DNA of 20,000 nt from an uncultured virus (IMG/VR IMGVR_UViG_3300050509_000576) (IMGVR_UViG_3300050509_000576), one strand, 5' to 3'; positions 7,186 through 14,420 are shown, numbered from the stretch's first letter. Numbers and translations are program-made. The notes: a model not told the origin generated them from the sequence alone.

Positions 7186-7620
7186 CAATCGTCTCCTCCA
7201 AGGGGACTGCCTGCCTCGGCTGGCAGGGGAATTGGAGGTTGAGCCGCACAGGCTCAACAGGTGTTCAAGGCTTGCTCCGTCTTTGTGTAGGCTTTGTTCA
7301 CTGTTTCTACTAGGCATATCGCGGTATACTTTCTCTACGTCACGCTGCTTTGAGGCCGACGAGAAGGTGTCGCAGCCGAGACGTGCTCCTGTCACCGGGG
7401 GCACCGGGCAGGCTAAACGACCTTGAGCTACCAGGGACACCGAAACCTCCTTAATCCGCTGCCGTGCATGCGACGGCAGCCGGGGGCGTACTGTGCGTGT
7501 AGCGGATAGGTACCCCAGCCGTGAAGTGGTCAGCTACCCAGAGCATGCCACCACGAGGGCTGGAAATCTGCGCCTCAGGTTGCGGGAAGCCGCTGACCTT
7601 GAGGTAGCGGAGGATGTCAC
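7186..7620 (+). mobile_element. Non-autonomous IS200/IS605-family element, 435 bp, with no tnpA/tnpB
   Basis: Left end: CCAT|CAATC..., GGGA (7203-7206) then hairpin CTGCC/GGCAG (7207-7226). Right end: GAAG (7586-7589), hairpin CCGCT/AGCGG (7590-7610), terminal TCAC (7617-7620). Precise removal restores the host ORF. Confidence 0.8.
7337..7620 (+). ncRNA. Putative structured RNA inside the IS element (omegaRNA-like candidate)
   Basis: TATACT -10 box at 7325-7330, then consecutive stems (ACGTC/GACGT with GCTGC/GCAGC; GTGCTCCTG/CGGGGGCAC; ATCCGCT/AGCGGAT; GCTGCCGT/ACGGCAGC; CCAGCC/GGCTGG) running into the right-end hairpin. Confidence 0.45.
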
Positions 7621-7931
7621 CAATCAGGTAACTGGTGAGCGAGCACGGCTCCTGCCAGATGAGGTGCGCCGTGAACAGCGCCTGGAGCGTCTCGACCCAG
7701 GCCTCGCTCATGCCGGCCCAGAAGAGGAGATTGGGCACCTGGGACGCTTCCGTGGCCATCTCGCCCCGCGTCTCCATAAACGGCGCGAGGACCGTCGGCA
7801 TCTCCGCAAACGTCACGGAATCGTTCGCACGGATATAGGCGAGGAGGGCGGCGGCCGCGGGCGGCAACCCCTCGGCGGAGCGGTACGGCTCATACGGCGG
7901 CCCGGAGGGCGGTGTCTGTGTTCGGCCTCTC

Positions 7932-8156
7932 TTACCCATGGGTCACCTTCCGTGTCTGGCGCAGTGTCTTACGCTGTGTCTTACGCTGATGCCGTATGAG
8001 ATAGGTTTCAAGCGCCTCATGGACGATCTGTGTCGTAGACACAGGTGCTCCGTCGCCCTCGCGTTGTTTTTCGAGCACGCAGATCTGGAGTCTGGTGTAG
8101 AGATCGGTGGGCACCCGTATCGTCAGGCTACGGCTCGGCGCGCGGCGGGGTGCCAC
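7932..8156 (-). CDS. Ribbon-helix-helix (CopG-like) DNA-binding protein
   Basis: SLTIRVPTDLYTRL...STTQIVHEALETYL; GTG start immediately after the upstream stop. Confidence 0.65.
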   Translation of the reverse strand: MAPRRAPSRSLTIRVPTDLYTRLQICVLEKQREGDGAPVSTTQIVHEALETYLIRHQRKTQRKTLRQTRKVTHG

Positions 8157-8157
8157 G

Positions 8158-9054
8158 CTATTTTACCCGCTGGAGTGGGATGGCATATTGACGTTTGAGC
8201 CACGGCTCCAGACACTGCGCCAATACTTCTACATGATAGCCATGTGCCGAGGGATAGGGTTTGCCGATCACCCCCATGTTGCGCATCGGGATACCTTTTT
8301 CCAGGCAATAGCCGGTTAGATAGCGACCAAACTCCGGCCAGAGCTTTTCAGGAAACTGGCGCTCGAGCTTTTCTTGGTAGACATACTCGGCAATGGTAAA
8401 CCAGTGCTGGTGTTGGATGGCCATCTCCGCTTTGACCTCGGCCCTCGCTGCCTGGATCTGGGCTTCGTGGGCGGCGAGCCGGGCCTGGGCGACGCCCTCG
8501 ACCAGTTCGATAATGGCGCGCAGTTCCGGGAAGGCCGCCGCCGCACTCTGGCGTTGGAGATTCTCCTGGACCCCGAGGCCGGTCTGTTCCCGCGATTCCT
8601 GGTCGGCTTCCGCATAGGTCAGCTGTTCCTGGATATACGTCCACATCTTGCAGGCAAACTCGGTATCGCCTTTCGCTCCCGCCAGGAGCACATGGGGCCA
8701 GGCGACAAAATTGGCCTGCGATGTGTGCTTGTTGAGGCCAAAGTGATCTATAATGAACCTCCGGTCATTGTAACCGGAGGTTCCAATAGTCAGAAATTCA
8801 ACGTCATAGCGCTTTAGGAGTTTGCCAAGCGTTGAGGTGTCGCCGTCTTCATAGCAGAGTCGGGCCAAATCGCGGGCGAGTATGACGCGGTGGCCCTCAA
8901 AACTGTCTTCGCGGTGCCAGCTGCGGTAGGTATAGCGCTGCGCTAGGGTCAGTAACTGCTGATTCCCGCGTTCCTTGGCCAGGGCGTGAATAAATGCCTG
9001 GATTGCGTCACGACGGCCATGCAGCACATCGCTGCGGAATTGTTCGAGATTCAT
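8158..9054 (-). CDS. Phage antirepressor-like protein
   Basis: N-terminal FEGHRVILARDLARL (ORF6N/Bro-N-like), coiled linker, C-terminal WFTIAEY...GRYLT.YC..KGI...GYHVEVL. Start moved to ATG 9054 after GAAAGGGA. Confidence 0.6.
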   Translation of the reverse strand: MNLEQFRSDVLHGRRDAIQAFIHALAKERGNQQLLTLAQRYTYRSWHREDSFEGHRVILARDLARLCYEDGDTSTLGKLLKRYDVEFLTIGTSGYNDRRFIIDHFGLNKHTSQANFVAWPHVLLAGAKGDTEFACKMWTYIQEQLTYAEADQESREQTGLGVQENLQRQSAAAAFPELRAIIELVEGVAQARLAAHEAQIQAARAEVKAEMAIQHQHWFTIAEYVYQEKLERQFPEKLWPEFGRYLTGYCLEKGIPMRNMGVIGKPYPSAHGYHVEVLAQCLEPWLKRQYAIPLQRVK

Positions 9055-9149
9055 GCGGAGTCCCTTTCGTAGTGGCTGCTTTGTCGCAGTTGCAGACTGC
9101 AGCCTAGACCTGCAGGAGGTCGCGTAACCGTTCTTTGTCTGTGCCGTCT

Positions 9150-9416
9150 TCACCTCCGTCTTTGCCTCTTTTTCCCATGACACGCTCTGCACAGCGTTAC
9201 GAGGGCCTGCATCGGCACCTCCCAGGGCATCACCCCGTACACGTACCAGCGATGATGCACCTGCAACTCCCTGTTCGTTGCCCCGCACTCTTGGCAGGCC
9301 CAGCGATCGCGAGCAAAAATCTCCAGCCGCCGCTTCTGCCAGCGCGGATCGCGCAGCAACTGCCGATAGGCCCGGCGCCTGGATGGGGGTGTGCGGCGCC
9401 GGGCCGTGCGACTCAT
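9150..9416 (-). CDS. Small HNH endonuclease
   Basis: YRQLLRDPRWQKRRLEIFARDRWACQECG...LQVHH..Y...PWE.....LVTLCRACH. Confidence 0.85.
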   Translation of the reverse strand: MSRTARRRTPPSRRRAYRQLLRDPRWQKRRLEIFARDRWACQECGATNRELQVHHRWYVYGVMPWEVPMQALVTLCRACHGKKRQRRR

Positions 9417-9728
9417 CTACTCCTCCTCGACGCCACCCTGTAACGCCCGACGCTCATGCGGTGTGAGCATCTCACTCAAGAAGCGTAGGCGATCCTCCGG
9501 CGTGACCTGGCGCCAAGAGCGATGGAGGGAGTCGAGCGGGGTCGGGCTCTCTGGCGCTCTTAGGGCCTCGTGGGGCACCTCCTGGGCGCGGCACCTTTCA
9601 CAGCGATTCCCCGGCGTGCCGAAGAAAATACCGCCGCACTCGTAGCAGCGGACGCGCGGCAGGACCTGCGCTGGCACAAACGCCTGCGGCGTCCGGGAGG
9701 TGTGGGCATCATGCCTGCGTGTGGCCAT
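9417..9728 (-). CDS. Zinc-ribbon hypothetical protein
   Basis: CYECG...CERC; start at ATG 9728 after GAAAGGGAA. Confidence 0.6.
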   Translation of the reverse strand: MATRRHDAHTSRTPQAFVPAQVLPRVRCYECGGIFFGTPGNRCERCRAQEVPHEALRAPESPTPLDSLHRSWRQVTPEDRLRFLSEMLTPHERRALQGGVEEE

Positions 9729-9745
9729 CGTGTTCCCTTTCTTCG

Positions 9746-10018
9746 CTAATTGCGCCGCAGCCACACGCTCAGCCGTGCCTGGGCGCCGTGCCAGAGTCCC
9801 TCCTGGGCACGGCCGTGCACGAGGCGCTGGGCGCGGTCTGTGTGTTCCTCCCGGTGGCGCCAGGCACGCAGGAGCTGCAACGTCTCCGCTTTGGCCTGGG
9901 ACGTCTGTCCCGGCATCGTGAGATACGGGGCGGCCCAGGGTTGCGTCACGACCTGCAGGGCCGTGCCGTCCTGGCGTTCGCGCGCGTGGATGAGCGTGCG
10001 GAGGGCGTCGTGGTTCAC
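9746..10018 (-). CDS. Hypothetical protein
   Basis: GAGGAG RBS; GTGA overlap with the VRR-NUC stop. Confidence 0.55.
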   Translation of the reverse strand: MNHDALRTLIHARERQDGTALQVVTQPWAAPYLTMPGQTSQAKAETLQLLRAWRHREEHTDRAQRLVHGRAQEGLWHGAQARLSVWLRRN

Positions 10019-10425
10019 AGCGGTCTCCTCGTAAGGATGCGTTCGATTGCTGGCATATCACGCGGGCGCCATTCATAGACTTCGACCCCAGGCACCGAAT
10101 GCCGTAGGAGATCGAGCCAGATGGTTTGCTCGGGTGTCAGCTTGCCTTGCTGGCTTTTGAGTTCGGTAAAAATCAGACGTCCTGGCTTGACCAAGGTCAG
10201 ATCCGGAAATCCTACGTCTGATTTGCGACTATCAAAGACGTGGAACGTTTCAAAGGCATGGGCTTTGGCGAGCGTACGCACGCGCGCCAAGAGGACCCCC
10301 TCGGGCGTCTCAGGGTCCATGGTGCGTGCCTTGGCGGGCAGGGTCAGGGCCGGGTCGAGCGCCAGGCCGTGGCGCTGGGCGTGGGCAATGGCGTCGGCTT
10401 CGGTCCACCGATCTGGCGGGCGCAT
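10015..10425 (-). CDS. VRR-NUC domain PD-(D/E)xK nuclease (putative Holliday junction resolvase)
   Basis: GFPDLTLV...IFTELKS..GKLTPEQ..WL..L...VYEWRP.D. Confidence 0.88.
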   Translation of the reverse strand: MRPPDRWTEADAIAHAQRHGLALDPALTLPAKARTMDPETPEGVLLARVRTLAKAHAFETFHVFDSRKSDVGFPDLTLVKPGRLIFTELKSQQGKLTPEQTIWLDLLRHSVPGVEVYEWRPRDMPAIERILTRRPL

Positions 10426-10598
10426 GGGTCACTCCTCACAGGAGGCTCCTTGAGCGTAGAGCAAGCGGGGACAGTCGGCTGGAATCCTACGACTCTCGGG
10501 CGCGTGAGACAACCCTAAAAAGCAGGACCATCCTGCCCTGGTGCAGCGGCTGCCGGACGAGGCGGTCGTCCGGCTCTGGCGCTTCGTGTGGTGGTGGG

Positions 10599-10805
10599 TC
10601 AGTCATCAGTCGTAACGGTGTCAGGGCAATCCGTGGGGGTGAGCAGGCCGGCCTCGATCTCGTCGGCGAGGCCGCGTAAGAGTGTCACCAGCCGGGCGGG
10701 GGTCCCCTGTACGTAGTCTTCATAGACGCGGGGCCACTGCGCCTGCGCGGCATCGTAGCGTTCGATACTGATTTCCAATCGACATCGCGGCGATGGACGG
10801 GCCAT
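10599..10805 (-). CDS. Hypothetical protein
   Basis: AAGGAGG RBS, part of the repeated intergenic module. Confidence 0.6.
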   Translation of the reverse strand: MARPSPRCRLEISIERYDAAQAQWPRVYEDYVQGTPARLVTLLRGLADEIEAGLLTPTDCPDTVTTDD

Positions 10806-10852
10806 CGTTCCTCCTTGTGGTGAGAGGGCGGCGTACGCCGCCCCGGTGGTGG

Positions 10853-11494
10853 TTAATCACCGAAACATACGCCGCCGCCTGCCGCCGTGTGGCACCAGTA
10901 CGGCTTGCCGTTCTTCTTGCTGCGGCGCTGCTCTAGCGGTACGCCATGCCGGGCACAGAGGCGTTGCTCCGGCTCGGACGCCGTGCTCCTGGGCGTCGGG
11001 GCCGCCGGGTAGCGCGCCAGGACGCGCTCCAGTCGCGCCAGGACCTCGTCTTCTGCCACGCCGCGGAGGGTGAGCTGCACCTCGCGCCCGTCGATCGTCA
11101 GGCGCACATTGACGCTCGTCGGCGCCTCGGGTAAGGCCGCGGGGGCCACGGGCGCACCCGGCGCCGCCAACTCCTCCAGGGTGCGCTTGTAGAGCAGGGC
11201 CGCAAACCAGTGCTTACACCGCGCCTGGGGGGCGCCAAACTGCGCATCCTTGCAGGGACAGGCGCTATTGACCAGATACGTGTGCGCCGCCTCGCCCTCC
11301 TGGGAGCAGACGCTGAAGTGGGTGCCGTCGTCCTCGGGGAAGACGCCGCCCGCTACGACAATCGCGTGGCCCATTTCGAGCCGGCCGTGCTGCTCCTGGG
11401 GGAGCTTGGCATGGGCAATGGCAGTCAGTTGGGTGAGCATCGCGGCGAACGTGCGGGGCTTGTCGCCGCCGGGAAAGGGTGCTACGGTTCTCAT
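10853..11494 (-). CDS. SWIM zinc-finger protein with a second C-terminal Cys/His cluster
   Basis: V.SQ.....Y.V...CPCKD......RCKH, plus CARHG...WCH...C. Start moved to ATG 11494 after GAAAGG. Confidence 0.75.
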   Translation of the reverse strand: MRTVAPFPGGDKPRTFAAMLTQLTAIAHAKLPQEQHGRLEMGHAIVVAGGVFPEDDGTHFSVCSQEGEAAHTYLVNSACPCKDAQFGAPQARCKHWFAALLYKRTLEELAAPGAPVAPAALPEAPTSVNVRLTIDGREVQLTLRGVAEDEVLARLERVLARYPAAPTPRSTASEPEQRLCARHGVPLEQRRSKKNGKPYWCHTAAGGGVCFGD

Positions 11495-11571
11495 CTGCGT
11501 TGCCTTTCTGGGGAAGGGTACGGGCAAGAGGCCGTCGGGTGTTCGCCCACCTGGCGGTCTCGCTTGTGCTC

Positions 11572-11997
11572 TCAGTAGCGCAGGCGGGCATCCTCCGCTT
11601 CGGGGGGGCGCATGCCGAGATCCTGCGCCGTCATGCGCGTGAGGCACCCACGTTCCATCTCCTGTTGGAGTGTGGTCGGAGACAGGCGTGGGAAGTCGTA
11701 GACGAGGCGGATGATCGCCTCAGCGCCGACCTGGGTCTGTGCATCGGTGCCGAGTCTTACCTGGATGCGCCGAGAGAGGTCCAGGGCGCTGAGGAGGCTC
11801 ATGCCGCCATCACGAGCACGGGCGAAGGTGAGGGTAAAGACCCCGCGTATCTGGCAGAGTTGCTCCGTCGGCGTGAGATACGTCTCCAGCGGCGGCGGCG
11901 CCGGCACCGGGCGCGGCTGTTTCGGGCCGGCCAGGACACTCCCGGCGAGGAGTAGCGTACTCAGGGTCAGGGCGAGGGTGGTCGTGGTGCGGATCAT
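11572..11997 (-). CDS. Exported/periplasmic hypothetical protein
   Basis: N-terminal signal-peptide-like MIRTTTTLALTLSTLLLAGSVLA, two Cys, AAGGAG RBS. Confidence 0.65.
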   Translation of the reverse strand: MIRTTTTLALTLSTLLLAGSVLAGPKQPRPVPAPPPLETYLTPTEQLCQIRGVFTLTFARARDGGMSLLSALDLSRRIQVRLGTDAQTQVGAEAIIRLVYDFPRLSPTTLQQEMERGCLTRMTAQDLGMRPPEAEDARLRY

Positions 11998-12047
11998 ACG
12001 GTCTCCTTGTGGTGCTGGGCTATGGAAAGCAGCCCCGGTGGTTGTGG

Positions 12048-12311
12048 TTACTCTCGTGCCCAGTACGCTTCGCAGGCGTCGTAGGTTGCTTGCTCGTGGG
12101 CGATAGCGTTAGCCACGCGCTTGGGTATCAGGTACGGTAGCAGCTGCCTGGCTGCGGTGACGTTGTGGCGCAGCGTGTCGGCGTCGGGTGGGTACATGCC
12201 GTCGCTGTCGTGGGCGAGAATGTCCAAGTAGACCAGCACGTCCGCCAGGTTGCGGCTGGCGTCCTGCAGGGCCTGTTTGATGTCGAGGAGCGGATACGAT
12301 TGCCTAGGCAT
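12048..12311 (-). CDS. Hypothetical protein
   Basis: AAGGAG RBS; bounded on both sides by the repeated intergenic module. Confidence 0.65.
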   Translation of the reverse strand: MPRQSYPLLDIKQALQDASRNLADVLVYLDILAHDSDGMYPPDADTLRHNVTAARQLLPYLIPKRVANAIAHEQATYDACEAYWARE

Positions 12312-12357
12312 ACGGTCTCCTTGTGGTGGGGGGCGGTTCGCGCTCGCCCCGGATGAT

Positions 12358-12639
12358 TTACGCCGCGATGATGGCGGCTTCGCGTTTCCGTGCCTCTAAG
12401 ACCGTGAGGTCCGTCCCGGCGGCCAGGTCTGCGAGCCGCTGCTCGGCCGCCACATCAACTCTCCCAAAAAGCATCAGTGCTGGGGCATCGGCGTCCGTGA
12501 GGCGCTGGACGTGGTCGTCGTCGCTCACGAAGTACACCTCGCCGCGGTGGTTCCGGAGCGCCGTGCCGTACGTGCCCTGAAACGTCGCGTGATAGGCGAT
12601 GCGCTTGTGCGCAGTGGGGGTCTGTGGTACTGTCTGCAT
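12358..12639 (-). CDS. Hypothetical protein
   Basis: GAAGGAG RBS before ATG 12639; an alternative start at 12675 overlaps the upstream stop. Confidence 0.6.
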   Translation of the reverse strand: MQTVPQTPTAHKRIAYHATFQGTYGTALRNHRGEVYFVSDDDHVQRLTDADAPALMLFGRVDVAAEQRLADLAAGTDLTVLEARKREAAIIAA

Positions 12640-12671
12640 GAGCTTCTCTCCTTCCGTTGGGGGTGGCTCTC

Positions 12672-12950
12672 TCATGGGGAGGCGTCCGGCTTGAGCGTGG
12701 CTGCTGGCCGGGCGCCTTCACTTCCGTCGATCTGCTCCCAGGACGCGTCTCCCTGGAGCCTCTCTGCCGCGTGCGCCTCGCACAGGTGCACCACGTCCAG
12801 GTCTGGCCATGGCATGTAGCCTGGCTTCCGTCGCAGCGTGACACTGCCTCTCGCCGGACAGCGGCGCGTCCGCACATACGATACCCGCTGTCCGTGGCGC
12901 TCCCCATGGTCGGTGCTGTACTCTTTCCGTTCACAGCGCGGCTGCTTCAT
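12672..12950 (-). CDS. Hypothetical protein, possibly zinc-binding (C...C...CxxH)
   Basis: AAGGAG RBS; RC, RRC and LCEAH residues. Confidence 0.6.
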   Translation of the reverse strand: MKQPRCERKEYSTDHGERHGQRVSYVRTRRCPARGSVTLRRKPGYMPWPDLDVVHLCEAHAAERLQGDASWEQIDGSEGARPAATLKPDASP

Positions 12951-12969
12951 ACGTTGCTCCTTGTCGCGT

Positions 12970-13039
12970 CCAGGCTTGTGACAGGCGCCTCACCATGAGG
13001 CGGTCGCATTAGGCAGGCACGAGGCCTGCTCACTCTGCG
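12970..13039 (-). ncRNA. Twister-ribozyme-like RNA, circularly permuted (type P5-like), partly degenerate
   Basis: Minus strand CGCA GA GUGA GCAGGC-CUCGU-GCCUGC C UAA UGCG AC CGCCUCA-UGG-UGAGGCG CCUG UCACAAGC CUGG contains the twister core: UAA, P2 GCA/UGC, GA-GUG and L4 UCACAAGC with a CAC/GUG pseudoknot. Confidence 0.7.
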
Positions 13040-13249
13040 TTATTCAGGGATATACACACTGGCCGTTAAGCCGTGCTGATACACCGGCGTGTGCCAGTGG
13101 GTGATCGTCTCGACGGTGCAGGTGCCGTCTCGCAGGGCAATCCCGTAGGTGCGGGGGGCTATTTTCCAGCAGTGCAGAACGCGCAGGCGGCTCACCGTGC
13201 TCGGGGAAAAACTAAACGTTTCGCCGACTTGTAAGCTTTTAAAGGTCAT
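13040..13249 (-). CDS. Small hypothetical early protein (MTFKSLQVGETF...)
   Basis: AAGGAG RBS before ATG 13249; F..L..GETF start common in small phage proteins. Confidence 0.6.
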   Translation of the reverse strand: MTFKSLQVGETFSFSPSTVSRLRVLHCWKIAPRTYGIALRDGTCTVETITHWHTPVYQHGLTASVYIPE

Positions 13250-13524
13250 GGGGCGTCTCCTTGGTGTCATCTGAGGTTTATGCTGCCTGTGAACAGCTGC
13301 GCATCCCGCGCAGGCTCATTACACCATGGTGTCGTCGTCGCCAGGGTCCTCGCGTTCGATGCTCTCCTAGTGGGGCGTTTGTCTTCAGTAGCCTTCGAGG
13401 GGGGTGTGCCTCTTCTCGCCCTGGCTCTGTCTTTCCCTCCCCGGTTTCGTAAGTGCCGGCATGCATGAGGTACTCAACTCTGTAGCGCCCATCGCGTTGT
13501 CAATCAACCAACCAACTGAAAGTA

Positions 13525-13603
13525 ATCTTACACCCAATTGGGAAGTATGTCAATGCCAATAGGAAACTATTTTACACCCAAACGGAAAATATTATGCTAT
13601 ACT
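13525..13603. promoter_or_regulatory. Divergent promoter pair with three operator-like repeats
   Basis: Leftward TTGACA(13553-13548)-17-TAAGAT(13530-13525). Rightward extended -10 TGcTATACT (13595-13603). CCAAnnGGrAAnTAT-like repeats start at 13534, 13556 and 13578. Confidence 0.75.
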
Positions 13604-13626
13604 CTGTTCTGAAAGGAGAGCAGGTT

Positions 13627-13863
13627 ATGGCATGGAATATTGCAGAACGTGTTGAGGCATGTCGCAAAGCCAAAGGCTGGACGCGTAGCGAGTTGGCGCG
13701 ACGGGCCAAGCTGAATCCTACCCACCTCTGGAAAATTCTCAGTGGGCAACGCCCACGCATCGAAGCTGTGACGGTCAAGAGTCTTGCGCGTGCCTTACGC
13801 GTGCCAACCGATTACTTATTAGGGATGGATCTCGAAGAGGATAACGAGGAGCCGATGGTATGA
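13627..13863 (+). CDS. XRE-family HTH regulator (Cro/CI-like)
   Basis: RVEACRKAKGWTRSELARRAKLNPTHLWKILSGQR...LARALRVPTDYLLG; GAAAGGAG RBS. Confidence 0.9.
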   Translation: MAWNIAERVEACRKAKGWTRSELARRAKLNPTHLWKILSGQRPRIEAVTVKSLARALRVPTDYLLGMDLEEDNEEPMV

Positions 13864-14420
13864 GTGTTTCGCTTGAGGAGCGTTTTTGGAACCACGTGCA
13901 GATCTGTGAGCATGGGATCGAATGCGGCGAGTGTTGCTGGCCGTGGCGCGGCGCGCTGAGTAATGGCTATGGGGTGTTGTCTGTCTATGATGCCGCGCGG
14001 TACCAACAGACCAAACTGCCTTCCAAGAACATACTTGCCCATCGCCTCGCCTGTGAAATCGCCCTTCATGCCCACATCCCTACTGGCCTCTACGCTCTCC
14101 ATAAATGTAACTATCGCGCGTGTTGCCATTTCCATCCTCGCCATGTCTATATAGGTGATTCCCTACAAAATATTCACGATGCTATTGCGGCAGGTACGCA
14201 TATAAGCCTCCATCAACGAGGCGCTCCTCATTGGCGAAAACGTGATCCTGAACGCAGCAAACAACACAAGCCTGTGTTAAAACATCCTTTTGAAAAGATT
14301 CAACGTATACGTTCTCTTGCCTATGCAGGATTTCCTGTTGGGGTTATCGCTCGTATCTTTGGCTTGCGTGAAGGTTATGTATCGGCGGTAGTCTTGCGCA
14401 AAATACGCCTTGATAGCTAA
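13860..14420 (+). CDS. HNH (HNH_3-type) homing endonuclease
   Basis: RFW..V...CWPWRGA...GYG...AHR......IP.GL..LHKC....C...HVYIG....N..D; lower GC; ATGA overlap with the regulator. Confidence 0.85.
   Translation: MSVSLEERFWNHVQICEHGIECGECCWPWRGALSNGYGVLSVYDAARYQQTKLPSKNILAHRLACEIALHAHIPTGLYALHKCNYRACCHFHPRHVYIGDSLQNIHDAIAAGTHISLHQRGAPHWRKRDPERSKQHKPVLKHPFEKIQRIRSLAYAGFPVGVIARIFGLREGYVSAVVLRKIRLDS

Larger units (their letters stand above)
6986..7939 (-). pseudogene. Conserved phage/PICI-type hypothetical gene split by an insertion (parts 7939-7621 and 7185-6986)
   Basis: Removing 7186-7620 gives a continuous 172-aa ORF ...NLLFWAGMSE...SLTSYLIDGAMLTFPLAKRPPTGGYATPHWGPV.... This resembles, from memory, the YxIDG..L.lP...HWxPV family seen in phages and pathogenicity islands. 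Confidence 0.75.

Noticed and set aside
7186..7620. Insert as a self-splicing group I/II intron or IStron restoring the gene
   Set aside because: On the host mRNA (minus) strand no register gives both a 5'-exon U and a terminal G in frame. No group I P7 core or group II GUGYG/domain V was recognised, and the IS is oriented antisense to the gene.
6754..7620. ORFs 6754..7440(-) and 7088..7426(+), and the C-terminal part of 7451..7939
   Set aside because: These run through the IS element and have no protein-like motifs; they are shadow or read-through frames.
7186..7625. CAATC direct repeat (7186-7190 and 7621-7625) as a target-site duplication of a DDE transposon/MITE
   Set aside because: There are no terminal inverted repeats. 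The hairpin ends and guide/cleavage matches fit IS200/IS605, which makes no duplication, and such left ends can begin with CAA.
10487..10606. 39-codon minus-strand ORF MTDPPPHEAPEP...
   Set aside because: It overlaps the upstream stop but has no clear RBS or motif, so it cannot be supported.
13350..13455. Hammerhead ribozyme suggested by CUGAAGA and GAAAC on the minus strand
   Set aside because: Stem II cannot be formed between the two core segments in any permutation I could find. CTGATGA at ~7036 and ~10603 likewise lacks a paired GAAA.
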